Below are positions 41,511 to 50,731 of a stretch of 64,000 nt of DNA, one piece after another. The first letter of the stretch is position 1. Every line of letters starts with the position of its first letter. The translations under genes were made by a program, and so were the position numbers. The notes under the pieces are model-generated. The model saw nothing but the letters and a program-made list of their open reading frames with translations, was not told the origin of the DNA and did no database searches. Source of the stretch: an uncultured cyanobacterium (GTDB lineage Bacteria > Cyanobacteriota > Cyanobacteriia > Cyanobacteriales > Nostocaceae); assembly GCA_963706595.1 (NCBI GenBank), contig OY970166.1, positions 4,192,001-4,256,000 of the forward strand, given 5' to 3'.

Positions 41511-41663
41511 CTCGTTTGCCTACTTGAGTGCATTGTTACCTGATTCCAATCTTGCCACAAATTAATTGAAATAGGGGATGGGGCGAAGAGGCAGGGGCGC
41601 AGGGCGCAGGGCGCAGAGGGGGGCGGGATGAAGAAGAAAATTTATGGAAAATTCAAAATCTAT

Positions 41664-42380
41664 ATGATTCCTATTACTGATAATATTCGCCTGCGTCATC
41701 AACCAATTATTATTTATTGGCTGATAGGGATTAATATGGCTATATTCTTATGGCAACTTAAACTCGAAGTAAATGGGGAATTAGGATATTTCATTAATAG
41801 TTGGGGTTTGATTCCCGCCCAGATTACGAGTGCAATTGTCAATGCCATCTACTTTAATCCAGCCGCTTGGGTAGTGGTTTTTTGGCGTTCATCTGCCCTA
41901 TTTTTGGGCATATTTCTCCACGGTAGTTTTAGTCAAATTTTAGGCAATTCGTTATTTTTATGGGTGTTTGGTAAAACTGTCGAAAACGTGATTGGACATG
42001 GACGTTTTCTGGGATTGTATTTGGGTGCGGGGATGCTGACAGGAATAGCCCAGATTATTTTAGAACCGAGTTTGACCATACCATTAATTGGAGCTAATGG
42101 TGCGATCGCGGCGATTTTAGGCGCTTATGTATGCAGGTTTCCTAAAGTTAAAATCGACACAATTCTCCCCCTGCTAATTGTCTACATTCCCCTTGAGATT
42201 CCCGCCTATTTATATCTATTTTGGTGGTTTATCCAACAATTATTTTACGGCATTGGCAGCTTAAACATTCCTCCCTCTGGTGTCAATTCAGGGAGTTTAG
42301 CATACTGGGCGCAATTGCTGGCATTATTGATTGGTGCGGTATTTATGCGATTTCAACAACCATCCCAGAATAAAAGTTAG
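41664..42380 (+). CDS. Rhomboid-family membrane protein lacking catalytic residues
   Basis: Rhomboid pattern (FLHG..., GN..FLWVFG..VE...G, IGA.GAIAAILGAY...FP), but GANG for GASG and AYWAQ for AYWAH. Confidence 0.8.
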   Translation: MIPITDNIRLRHQPIIIYWLIGINMAIFLWQLKLEVNGELGYFINSWGLIPAQITSAIVNAIYFNPAAWVVVFWRSSALFLGIFLHGSFSQILGNSLFLWVFGKTVENVIGHGRFLGLYLGAGMLTGIAQIILEPSLTIPLIGANGAIAAILGAYVCRFPKVKIDTILPLLIVYIPLEIPAYLYLFWWFIQQLFYGIGSLNIPPSGVNSGSLAYWAQLLALLIGAVFMRFQQPSQNKS

Positions 42381-42395
42381 TAACCTTGACGATAT

Positions 42396-42428
42396 AGATC
42401 CCCGACTTCTTTGAGAAGTCGGGGATCT
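42396..42428. repeat. Palindromic dispersed repeat AGATCCCCGACTTCT-nnn-AGAAGTCGGGGATCT; may terminate the convergent genes
   Basis: Perfect 15-bp stem; second copy at 57334-57366. Confidence 0.8.
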
Positions 42429-42458
42429 GGATATTACGTTGTTTAAGTTTGAGCTACT

Positions 42459-42511
42459 TAACTGATAACTGATAACTGATAACTGTTAACTGTTAACTGT
42501 TAACTGTTAAC
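42459..42511. repeat. Heptamer tandem repeat TAACTG(A/T), about 7 units
   Basis: Direct reading; overlaps the TetR stop codon. Confidence 0.9.
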
Positions 42512-43105
42512 CGCAATACCACGCACAAAAATATCTACACAAGTTTCAATATAATCCTCACAACTGTAGCTATTTTGGTGATATTTTACAGTCCGGCATA
42601 ACATTCCGGCTAATAGCATCCCTGTAAACATATCAACAGCCGGCAACGGATGAAGATCAAGTCTAACAGTGCCTCGTTTCTGACTAGATTGCAAGTAAGC
42701 AACCAATTTTTCACCCAAAGGCTGGGCAGCTTCTTGAATTATTTGCCTAGCGGCTTCAGGATGACGTTTAGCTTCCCCAATGAAAGTCCGAATCAAATCT
42801 TCGTGTGCTTCCAGCATGGCATTATAAAGCTGGGCATACTTTTTTAAATCAACGCCAAGATTCTGTGTCCAAGCTTCGGGGTGGGCGAGGGCTTCTGTTT
42901 GCAGGGCGGAAGCATTTTCAATTACTGCCCTGAGCAGTTGTTCTTTGCTAGCAAAGTGGCGAAATAAAGTCACCTCATTCACTCTGGCGACACGAGCTAT
43001 TTCACGAGTAGTTGCACCTTGAACACCTAAACTAGCAAATACCTGTGAGGCAGCTTCTATCAAACGTGTACGGGTAAGAGCGGATGAGCGGATAGTTCTA
43101 TTCAT
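42500..43105 (-). CDS. TetR/AcrR family transcriptional regulator
   Basis: ATTREIARVARVNEVTLFRHFASKEQL helix-turn-helix. Confidence 0.93.
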   Translation of the reverse strand: MNRTIRSSALTRTRLIEAASQVFASLGVQGATTREIARVARVNEVTLFRHFASKEQLLRAVIENASALQTEALAHPEAWTQNLGVDLKKYAQLYNAMLEAHEDLIRTFIGEAKRHPEAARQIIQEAAQPLGEKLVAYLQSSQKRGTVRLDLHPLPAVDMFTGMLLAGMLCRTVKYHQNSYSCEDYIETCVDIFVRGIAVNS

Positions 43106-43210
43106 TTTGCTGGCAAATACTTGCTTAAACAGTATTACATTTTGTTAAATTTGTTGCAAAAACAGTAAAACAAGTTCACTCAGTTTTACTAATCTTAAAG
43201 CATATCTTGA

Positions 43211-43702
43211 TCAAGCAGGAGTTAAATTTTTACTCATTTTGGTAACTGGAACAACTATGCCCGTTCTGAGCTGATGAGGCGCTCTTTTTATCGGAGTAAA
43301 TCCCAGTCGAAAATAAAATCCTTCCGCATAAAGACTGGCAGTTGTAATTACTTTATCTATACCTTGATTAGCCGCTTCCTGACAAAAATGTGTAACTAAA
43401 GCGCGTCCTATGCCTTTACCTTGATAATAAGGATGCACATATAGTGCAATCAGTTCATCAACCATGAAACTAGTAAAACCTGTAATCATCTGATTCTCCA
43501 CCGCCACCCAGAAAATTTCGGCTTGCATATAATGCAAAATATTTTCACCATTAGGCTTGTCGCGATAATTACGCCAAGCCAATAGCTGTTTTCGGGTGTA
43601 AAAAGTTGTGGGAAGAGCTTTGATGGCTGCAATATGAATTGCACTCATCACCCACGCGTCTTTTTCCTGTGCGAGTCGCAGAAATATATTTTGGTCGCTC
43701 AT
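43211..43702 (-). CDS. GNAT family acetyltransferase
   Basis: LYVHPYYQGKGIGRAL, A..FY..LGF. Confidence 0.9.
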   Translation of the reverse strand: MSDQNIFLRLAQEKDAWVMSAIHIAAIKALPTTFYTRKQLLAWRNYRDKPNGENILHYMQAEIFWVAVENQMITGFTSFMVDELIALYVHPYYQGKGIGRALVTHFCQEAANQGIDKVITTASLYAEGFYFRLGFTPIKRAPHQLRTGIVVPVTKMSKNLTPA

Positions 43703-43792
43703 AATACAGCAGTTTTAATGTATGAAACTAACTTGCTCTCCTGCTGTATGTTAGCAATTTCCAGCCCCAGGCCTAAAGCCTGTGGGCTGATC

Positions 43793-44764
43793 CTATTTTT
43801 CTTTCTCCTTCTCCTTTTCAGCCTCTGGGGAAGGCTTTTTGAGAACTGGTTTGGGCGGATTAATACTGGGCTTAGGATTATCCTTTTTGGCTGGTTGCGG
43901 GAGTGTCGCTTTATTCTTCTGAGACTCTTGCAGGGCGGTAGCTTTATCCTTTTTAGATGCTTTGAGAAATCTAGGTGCAGTTTCTTGGGGTGGAGCTAAT
44001 AGTGCCACAAAACCGAAGACATTACGCCCAGGCAAAAATTTGGCTTTCAGGGAGACAAAAACCGGATGTCCTTGGTCTTCTTTTTCAGCTTTGGGATTAA
44101 ATCTGAAGGGTCTAACTGGTGCGTCCTTCCAGAATAAAGGCAAATGACTAGCCTTCATAAATTTCACCTTTCTCGTTGGCTCGGCCTGCTTAATATATTC
44201 AAGTCGTTCACGAGTAAAATTGCGGAAAACGGAAATGCAAGGAGTTTGACAAACGGGAATAAATTGCCAAAGTCCTGAGAATTTAAACTCGTTGTCTTCT
44301 AACTCTGCTGAAACTGTCTGTTGTTCTCTCCCTCTGTCAAAACCAACTAGCTGAAAAGTCATACTATGTGGTTGATCTTTACGCGGAAAATGAACTGCTT
44401 TAGGATAAACTACTAGCCTAAAAGTCTTGTTACCAGTAGTTTCTATTTCTTTAGTGAGAGCGTCAAATACTTTGCGTTTTTGGGGAATATAGAAAAGCGG
44501 ATATTCTAAATTACCAATGGTAACTGTGTTTTTACCATCTTCATTTAAGTTTACATCCCCAACTATTACCCCAATAGCTTGAAATATTGCTCCCGATTCT
44601 TCAATCTCTTCCTGAGTTTCAGTATCAATATTTACTTCTTCAGGTTCAGGTGGGGTTTGAAGTTGAGTTTCAGCCTCATTTGGCTCATTGGGGGTAGGTT
44701 CAGTAGATGACATAGTGGTTAGTTTTTTTGTTCGAGCAATAATTCTTTGAGATACAGGCGACAT
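43793..44764 (-). CDS. Hypothetical protein (start possibly 44713)
   Basis: Long ORF with acidic N-terminus, globular core (FQAIGVI, GLWQFIPVC) and basic tail; no function recognised. Confidence 0.75.
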   Translation of the reverse strand: MSPVSQRIIARTKKLTTMSSTEPTPNEPNEAETQLQTPPEPEEVNIDTETQEEIEESGAIFQAIGVIVGDVNLNEDGKNTVTIGNLEYPLFYIPQKRKVFDALTKEIETTGNKTFRLVVYPKAVHFPRKDQPHSMTFQLVGFDRGREQQTVSAELEDNEFKFSGLWQFIPVCQTPCISVFRNFTRERLEYIKQAEPTRKVKFMKASHLPLFWKDAPVRPFRFNPKAEKEDQGHPVFVSLKAKFLPGRNVFGFVALLAPPQETAPRFLKASKKDKATALQESQKNKATLPQPAKKDNPKPSINPPKPVLKKPSPEAEKEKEKEK

Positions 44765-45115
44765 TTGAGAGACTGAAAAAATCCCATAGGTACATACGAA
44801 ACAATGTTACATACAAGTTGCTAAACTACGCTTGGTAGGGAAGTAGTGACTGATAGAACAATTCTACCCAGGCAAAAGCTAGCCCATGCTAACACCAACC
44901 AACTACCTTTAATAACGCTCTCTCCCTGTGAGGATTATAGCTAGTACAGGTCGGCAGAAATAGCACAACCCTTTGAAATCACTGAAAAGCCTATTTTATA
45001 AGACTTTTGTACGGGCGGATTGCAATCAGCCTCTCCTGACTTCACGGCGGTACGAGGTAACTTACTCAGTCAATTATTTTAAAGCTTATCCTTAGTAATT
45101 ACGATAGTATGCACC

Positions 45116-46168
45116 ATGACCAATTACTTTCGCGCTAATATCGATGCCATGGCCAGCTATGTCCCCGGTGAACAGCCCCAAGGTGGGATACAGATCATTA
45201 AACTCAATAGTAACGAAAATCCCTATCCTCCCTCGCCTGCGGTGCTAGCTGTGCTGAAGAATATTGAAGGGGAGTGGTTACGACGGTATCCAGAACCGTT
45301 AGGGGGAGAATTCCGGCGAGCTGCAAGTAAAGTTTTGGGCGTTCCTAGTGATTGGATCATTGTCGGTAATGGCAGTGATGAAGTTTTGAATTTAGTGATT
45401 CGAGCTTGCACTGAACCTGGAAGAAAGGTAGTTTACCCGATACCAACTTATGTATTATATGTGACTTTGAGCCAAATGCAGGCGGCGGAAGTTGTGGAGA
45501 TTCCTTATGGAGAAGATTACAAATTACCCGTGGAGGAAATCATCGCCGCTAATGGGTCTGTAACATTCATTGCGTCGCCTAATAGTCCTTCAGGTCATGT
45601 AGTACCAATCACCGATTTACGACAACTCGCAAGCCGTTTATCTGGGGTTTTAGTGATTGATGAAGCTTATGTAGATTTTGCTGAGGAAAATGCTCTGGCT
45701 TTGGTGAAGGAATACGAGAACGTGATTGTAATTCGCACACTTTCCAAGGGTTACTCATTGGCTGGATTACGCCTGGGCTTTGGTGTGGCTCATCCCAAGT
45801 TGCTGCATGGATTGTTTAAGGTTAAGGATAGTTATAACATTGATGCGATCGCCTGTGCTTTAGGAACAGCTGCCATTACTGATCAAGATTATAAAAATGC
45901 TTGTGCAGACAAGGTGAAAGCATCACGGACGCAACTAGCCACAGACTTAAAAAAATTAAATTTCCAGGTTTGGGATTCCCAGACTAACTTTTTGTTGGTA
46001 CAGCCTCCCCAAGAAAATGCCGAATATCTCTATCAACAACTGAAAGAACGCCAAATTTTAGTCCGCTACTTCCCACAGCCAGGACTCGATAATAAATTAC
46101 GCATCACGGTTGGCACAGATGCCCAAAATCAAGTTTTAATAGAAACACTGAGTCAAATTTGCTCGTAG
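45116..46168 (+). CDS. hisC: Histidinol-phosphate aminotransferase
   Basis: KLNSNENPY, GNGSDE, SPNSPSG, DEAYVDF, RTLSKGYSLAGLRLG. Confidence 0.93.
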   Translation: MTNYFRANIDAMASYVPGEQPQGGIQIIKLNSNENPYPPSPAVLAVLKNIEGEWLRRYPEPLGGEFRRAASKVLGVPSDWIIVGNGSDEVLNLVIRACTEPGRKVVYPIPTYVLYVTLSQMQAAEVVEIPYGEDYKLPVEEIIAANGSVTFIASPNSPSGHVVPITDLRQLASRLSGVLVIDEAYVDFAEENALALVKEYENVIVIRTLSKGYSLAGLRLGFGVAHPKLLHGLFKVKDSYNIDAIACALGTAAITDQDYKNACADKVKASRTQLATDLKKLNFQVWDSQTNFLLVQPPQENAEYLYQQLKERQILVRYFPQPGLDNKLRITVGTDAQNQVLIETLSQICS

Positions 46169-46182
46169 TCAGGACTTTAGTC

Positions 46183-47259
46183 CTATCTTTTAAAATACTC
46201 AATTACAGCATGAGCGATCGCTTCATTCCCGTCTTTAGCCAGAGGTTGAGATTGCTTTGGAAGCTGTGGCGTTTCATGCAGAAAATCCCAATCACCTGCA
46301 AAAAATTCCTTCGGCGTAAGAATTTGATGTTGATTGTAATTAACAATACCTTCTAACAGCAAATTAGCTTCAGCAAAATCATCTCGCGGAATCGTCACCA
46401 GAGGGATATCAAGTTTTGTGGCTTCCGAAAAAGTGCTGTAACCAGGTTTAGAAACCACACGCCCACAAATCGGCATAAAATCCACAGGACGGTATTTTTT
46501 GTCGCTAATTTTACAGACATTAGGTAACTCAGGGGCAGATTTATCAAAGATAATAAATTGCCAATCGGGAAAATGCCGTAAATTTTCGTAAGGTATTTGT
46601 TGTACACCCAAACCGCCGAAGGTGAGTAAAATTGTTTTTTCTTTAGGCGCAGTTATCCCCCAAGTAGCCCGGAGTTGATCAGCAGAGTAAAGCGGAGTAC
46701 CACCAGTTAAACCGACATTTGTAATATTATTGAAGGCTGACATCGGTTCGTGAAAAGGCAAACGAAACAGTTTATCTGACTTGGAATAACATTCACTAAT
46801 CCAATCAGCAATAGCCATAAATTCGTCTCCCCAATCTCGGTAGATCAAGTCCCAACCAAAATTACTGATCATCCAACAGGGAATATTTGCCGTTTTGCCA
46901 AATAAAGGCGCTAAAAATGGAATATCTGCCAAGATTAAATCCACCCGATTTTGCCGGATAAAATTGACTTCTGAGGCAATTAGGGAATTTTGCTGCTTTT
47001 GAATTTCCCGCAACTTGGCTAAAGTCGCAGGTTTATCCATTGTCAAACTATCTGCCTGCACCACACCCAAATCAAAAGCGCGGGGACGATGAATAAAATC
47101 GCCTTCTATGTAGCACTCTAGCAACCATCGGGGGGCAGTTGTCACCATAATCAGCAAAACTTCTGGACATAACTTTTGAATTGTTGATGCTAGTGATGCT
47201 GTGCGAGTAGCATGACCAAAGCCGTGATTAGTGATTGCTACGTATAAAATTGGGCGCAT
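46183..47259 (-). CDS. GT-B fold glycosyltransferase-like protein
   Basis: Start MRPILY at 47259 (track extension is STRR-derived); HGFGHATR, LTFGG, SKPGYSTFSE. Confidence 0.8.
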   Translation of the reverse strand: MRPILYVAITNHGFGHATRTASLASTIQKLCPEVLLIMVTTAPRWLLECYIEGDFIHRPRAFDLGVVQADSLTMDKPATLAKLREIQKQQNSLIASEVNFIRQNRVDLILADIPFLAPLFGKTANIPCWMISNFGWDLIYRDWGDEFMAIADWISECYSKSDKLFRLPFHEPMSAFNNITNVGLTGGTPLYSADQLRATWGITAPKEKTILLTFGGLGVQQIPYENLRHFPDWQFIIFDKSAPELPNVCKISDKKYRPVDFMPICGRVVSKPGYSTFSEATKLDIPLVTIPRDDFAEANLLLEGIVNYNQHQILTPKEFFAGDWDFLHETPQLPKQSQPLAKDGNEAIAHAVIEYFKR

Positions 47260-47438
47260 ATAGTAATCCGCGTTGATTTTTGATAGCTTGCGTAAGTGGG
47301 GAGTGGGGAGTGGGGAATGGGGAGTGGGGAGTGGGGAATGGGGAGTGGGGAGTGGGGAGTGGGGAGTGGGAAACAGCTTTTTGAGTTGTAAGCGCAAAGC
47401 GCAGGCTACGCCAACAGAAATCAAATAAAACTCCTATA
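47259..47438. repeat. TATAG-bounded MITE-like element containing an STRR array (about 47296-47370)
   Basis: TATAGTAATCC..TTGATTT ... AAATCAAATAAAACTCCTATA. Confidence 0.7.
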
Positions 47439-47469
47439 TTAATTTGTAATTCGGACTAGGAATGCATGG

Positions 47470-48123
47470 TCAAGAATTTGGTTCGCGATTAATCCAAATC
47501 CCCCTCAAACCAGCTGCTTTAGCTCCTTGATAATCCTCTACAATGCTGTCACCAATGTGCCACGCTGCTTCAGGTGGACAGTTATGTTTTGCTAAAGCGA
47601 TCGCAAAAATTTTGGGATCAGGTTTAGCCGCACGGGCTTGAGTTGAAATAGTGACTGAGTTAAAATAACTGCTCAATTCTAAACTTTGTAATACTGAGAA
47701 AATTCGGGAGTCGAAATTAGACAGTATTCCGAGTTCGATACCCTGTCGTCGCCAGTCTATCAAAGATGACAAAACATCAGGATAAACGAACCAAGGTTCA
47801 GCCGTGCCAAAGTGGATATAGAGTTCACTAAAAAAACTAGAAAAATCAGCAAATTGTTCGATAACACCGGCGCTTTCAAAAGTATTCAGGGTTATTTTCC
47901 GCCACCATTCAAACTCTTGTTGGGGAAGATCATGTAACTCTGCATTGGGAAATACCGGTGGTGCTGCGGCTTTAAAGCTTTGCAGAAAGGTTGTATTTAA
48001 TATTTCTGCTGAAGCTTCAACATCAAATTCCTTGGCTATTTGACTATAAACTTCGCCCACGCTGCCTTTTACGCCGAAGAGTGTGCCAACAGCATCTAAA
48101 AGAATAACTTTCGGTCGTTCCAT
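47470..48123 (-). CDS. HAD family hydrolase (REG-2-like)
   Basis: LLDAVGTL, LSNFD, KPDPKIF, HIGDS..EDY. Confidence 0.92.
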   Translation of the reverse strand: MERPKVILLDAVGTLFGVKGSVGEVYSQIAKEFDVEASAEILNTTFLQSFKAAAPPVFPNAELHDLPQQEFEWWRKITLNTFESAGVIEQFADFSSFFSELYIHFGTAEPWFVYPDVLSSLIDWRRQGIELGILSNFDSRIFSVLQSLELSSYFNSVTISTQARAAKPDPKIFAIALAKHNCPPEAAWHIGDSIVEDYQGAKAAGLRGIWINREPNS

Positions 48124-48181
48124 CAAACCTTGTATAATTAATTGTAAATGTGGGGTTTTAGATTTGGTAAAATGCCAAAAT

Positions 48182-49375
48182 CTAATCAGAAAGTGTATCT
48201 ATAATAGGACGAACTAGCCAATTAAAACCAACTTTGAGTTGATGATCTAAAGTTGGCATCCGATAGAGATAAGCTAGACGACGGGCAAGGTATGCTAAGG
48301 AACCATCTAATTTCACACCTAAACCTGTGAGGGTGGCGTTATCTATCCCTAATGCCATCATTTCACCTAACTGCTGGTAACGGAATGGTAGTAAGGGGCG
48401 ATCGCTCAGTGAAGCCCAGATATTCCACGCAGTATAATCAGCTTGTTGGAAAGCAACTTGGGCTGTAGCTGGAACTTGTTGACCTTCAGCATCAACACAG
48501 TCGGCTAAATCTCCCAAGGCAAAAATTTCTGGATGTTCTAGAACTTGTAAAGTGGGTGTAGTGGTGATTTGACCACGCTGATTTTGTTTTAAAGCCAGTG
48601 TCTTGACTACAGGCGCAACTCTGGTTCCTACAGTCCAAATGACTAAATCTACAGGAATTGTATCAACCTGATTTTTGTATTCTAGGGAGATGGTATCCTG
48701 TCCTATGGATTCAACTTTGGTTTCTAAATCTAGAAATACTTTTTTTGCTTCTAAAGCTTTTTTAGCAGCTTCGCGGTTAAATTCTGGGGAAGTGCGTAAA
48801 ATTTGATCACCAATTTCAATTAGGCGGAAACGTCCCTTTTCTCCAAGTCTGTCTGCTAATTTACAGGCTAATTCTACACCACTGTAACCAGCGCCCACAA
48901 TGGCGACGCGAATTTTATCTGCATTGGATTCTTCGAGAACTCGCAGACGTTCTTCTAAACGATAGGCATCTGTAATATTGCGGAAAGGGTAAGCGTGGGA
49001 GGTAGCACCGGGAACCATATCTAATGGTGTTTCTCCACCCAAAGCCAATACTAAGCGATCGTAGGCGATTTCTGGACCATCTTGTAAATATACCCGTTGT
49101 TGTTCGGTGTCAATTCCAGCGACAACAGCTTGACAAAAACGCACACCTGTGTTTTGTAGAAGTTCTTCAAACGGTGGGGCGATTTCCCAGGTTTGCAGTT
49201 CCCCGGTGAGTAATTCGTAGAGTAAAGGTGCAAAAATAAAGCGATCGCTTTGATCAACTAAGACAATTTCGGGCTTTTGGTCATTTTCCCAAGGTAACTG
49301 GCTTAAGCGCAGGGCGGTATATAGACCACCAAAACCTCCGCCGAGGATACATATTCTAGGAGTTTGTTGAGTCAT
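48182..49375 (-). CDS. ndbB: Type II NAD(P)H dehydrogenase, NdbB/NDC1-like (candidate demethylphylloquinone reductase)
   Basis: RICILGGGFGGLYTALRL, PLLYELL, GAGYSGVELA, PATAQVAFQQA. Confidence 0.75.
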   Translation of the reverse strand: MTQQTPRICILGGGFGGLYTALRLSQLPWENDQKPEIVLVDQSDRFIFAPLLYELLTGELQTWEIAPPFEELLQNTGVRFCQAVVAGIDTEQQRVYLQDGPEIAYDRLVLALGGETPLDMVPGATSHAYPFRNITDAYRLEERLRVLEESNADKIRVAIVGAGYSGVELACKLADRLGEKGRFRLIEIGDQILRTSPEFNREAAKKALEAKKVFLDLETKVESIGQDTISLEYKNQVDTIPVDLVIWTVGTRVAPVVKTLALKQNQRGQITTTPTLQVLEHPEIFALGDLADCVDAEGQQVPATAQVAFQQADYTAWNIWASLSDRPLLPFRYQQLGEMMALGIDNATLTGLGVKLDGSLAYLARRLAYLYRMPTLDHQLKVGFNWLVRPIIDTLSD

Positions 49376-49440
49376 CGATTTTATAGGAAAGTCAATCCCA
49401 GCATGGCAACTACCTTCAGTGTAATGAATTTCTTTGCTTC

Positions 49441-49546
49441 TATAGCTGTTATCAGTTAAGTGAGATAGAAGAACCCCACCCCCAACCCCCTCCCCGCAAG
49501 CGAGGAGGGGGCTATGATGTTCTTCATTGAAGTTCGTACCGCTATA
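49441..49546. mobile_element. ~106-bp MITE-like element, same family as 25943..26044
   Basis: Near identity by eye, including termini. Confidence 0.8.
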
Positions 49547-49592
49547 TTGCCATTAGTCGATAATCTCTATATGTATGTTAAGTGGTTTCGGT

Positions 49593-49642
49593 GCGATCGC
49601 ATCCCTCGTCGTAGGCATCGCATCCCTCATCGTAGGCATCGC
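49593..49642. repeat. Two 21-bp tandem units appended to a HIP1 site
   Basis: GCGATCGC-ATCCCTCGTCGTAGGCATCGC-ATCCCTCATCGTAGGCATCGC. Confidence 0.85.
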
Positions 49643-49663
49643 ATCTATTTTTTTTCTCTGCAT

Positions 49664-49933
49664 TTATGGGAAGTAGCGATAAATATCCTGACGGTGAAGC
49701 ACACGTACAAAGGTAACTATATCTCCTGTAACCGTGAAACCTATACGGTAGTCTCCTACGCGAATACGATATGCACTATCAGCATCTTTAAGTTTTTTCA
49801 GACTGCTGAACTCATCCAAACTGGAATATCCAGGAATCTCCTCAAACACCAGAGATTTAATTGACTCAAACACCGGAGTGCTTTTCAACGCCTTCAGGTC
49901 TTTGATAAACGTAGGCATATACTCACAGTTCAT
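49664..49933 (-). CDS. RelE/ParE family toxin
   Basis: F.KDLK.L, KKLK, YRIRVGDYRIGF, RVLHRQDIYRYFP. Confidence 0.9.
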   Translation of the reverse strand: MNCEYMPTFIKDLKALKSTPVFESIKSLVFEEIPGYSSLDEFSSLKKLKDADSAYRIRVGDYRIGFTVTGDIVTFVRVLHRQDIYRYFP

Positions 49934-50133
49934 TGCTGTTCAAGTTCCGCCAAAGCCTCATTCATACTTAGAGGAATTTCGCCCTTAACTGTTTGCATAG
50001 CTTGGTAAAGTCCTTCGTCTTCAATAGCTTCTAATAGACGCTGATATTCTTCAAAATTGAGGACTACCTTGAGAACTTGACCTTGTTTATTTGTGATTAA
50101 CTCTTGAACAAAAGGATATTCTTCAGCTTTCAT
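49930..50133 (-). CDS. Putative cognate antitoxin
   Basis: Small acidic ORF (VVLNFEEYQRLLEAIED) with ATGA overlap onto the toxin start. Confidence 0.8.
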   Translation of the reverse strand: MKAEEYPFVQELITNKQGQVLKVVLNFEEYQRLLEAIEDEGLYQAMQTVKGEIPLSMNEALAELEQQ

Positions 50134-50264
50134 AGAATCATTACCTTCTACTATAAAGCGATCATTGCCTGACACCCTACATTAAAACTCAGTTCTGCAC
50201 GAGGTGCATATTGACTTTTCACGGGATCTTGAAAACCCCGCTTCCATTCCTCTCCCCTGCAAGG

Positions 50265-50632
50265 CTACAGTGTACACACAAGTGATAGCACTACCAATCC
50301 TCGAATATTACCCCACCCTAACCCTCCCCTTGGAAAGGGGAGGGAACTAGATTTTCCGGTTTCCCCCCTTTCCAAGGCAGGGCTGTTTCATTCCCTCAAA
50401 GGCTTATTATGTCAAGGGATATTTAAAGCGATCGCTCTAAATATCCTGAGAAAAATTTGAATTTTTTGGATTGAAATGTAGGTTTTCCATGACTTCTGTC
50501 CCAAAAATTATCCCTAATGATATTGACAAATCCTCCCTCCTGATGGAATGAAACAGCCCTGCTTTCCAAGGGGGGATTAAGGGGGGTAAAAACCGGATGT
50601 GAAAGTAACGACGATTTGTGTATACACCGTAG
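50265..50632. mobile_element. MITE A with 10-bp target duplication
   Basis: Ends CTACAGTGTACACACAA / TTGTGTATACACCGTAG; CCCTGCAAGG at both 50255-50264 and 50633-50642. Confidence 0.85.
50378..50561. mobile_element. MITE B (184 bp) nested inside MITE A
   Basis: Perfect 17-bp TIR CAGGGCTGTTTCATTCC / GGAATGAAACAGCCCTG; CTTTCCAAGG at 50368-50377 and 50562-50571. Confidence 0.9.
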
Positions 50633-50731
50633 CCCTGCAAGGAGAGAAGCTTTAAATTTTCCCCCTTCCCTGGTAGGGAAGGGGGTTAGGGGGTTAGGTT
50701 TCGCGTTAGCTTTTCCACATAACGTGAAAAG

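Noticed and set aside
43634..43999. 121-aa plus-strand ORF and similar antisense ORFs (e.g. 4817..5119, 17448..17732, 30519..30818)
   Set aside because: Shadow ORFs overlapping well-supported genes, with no motifs
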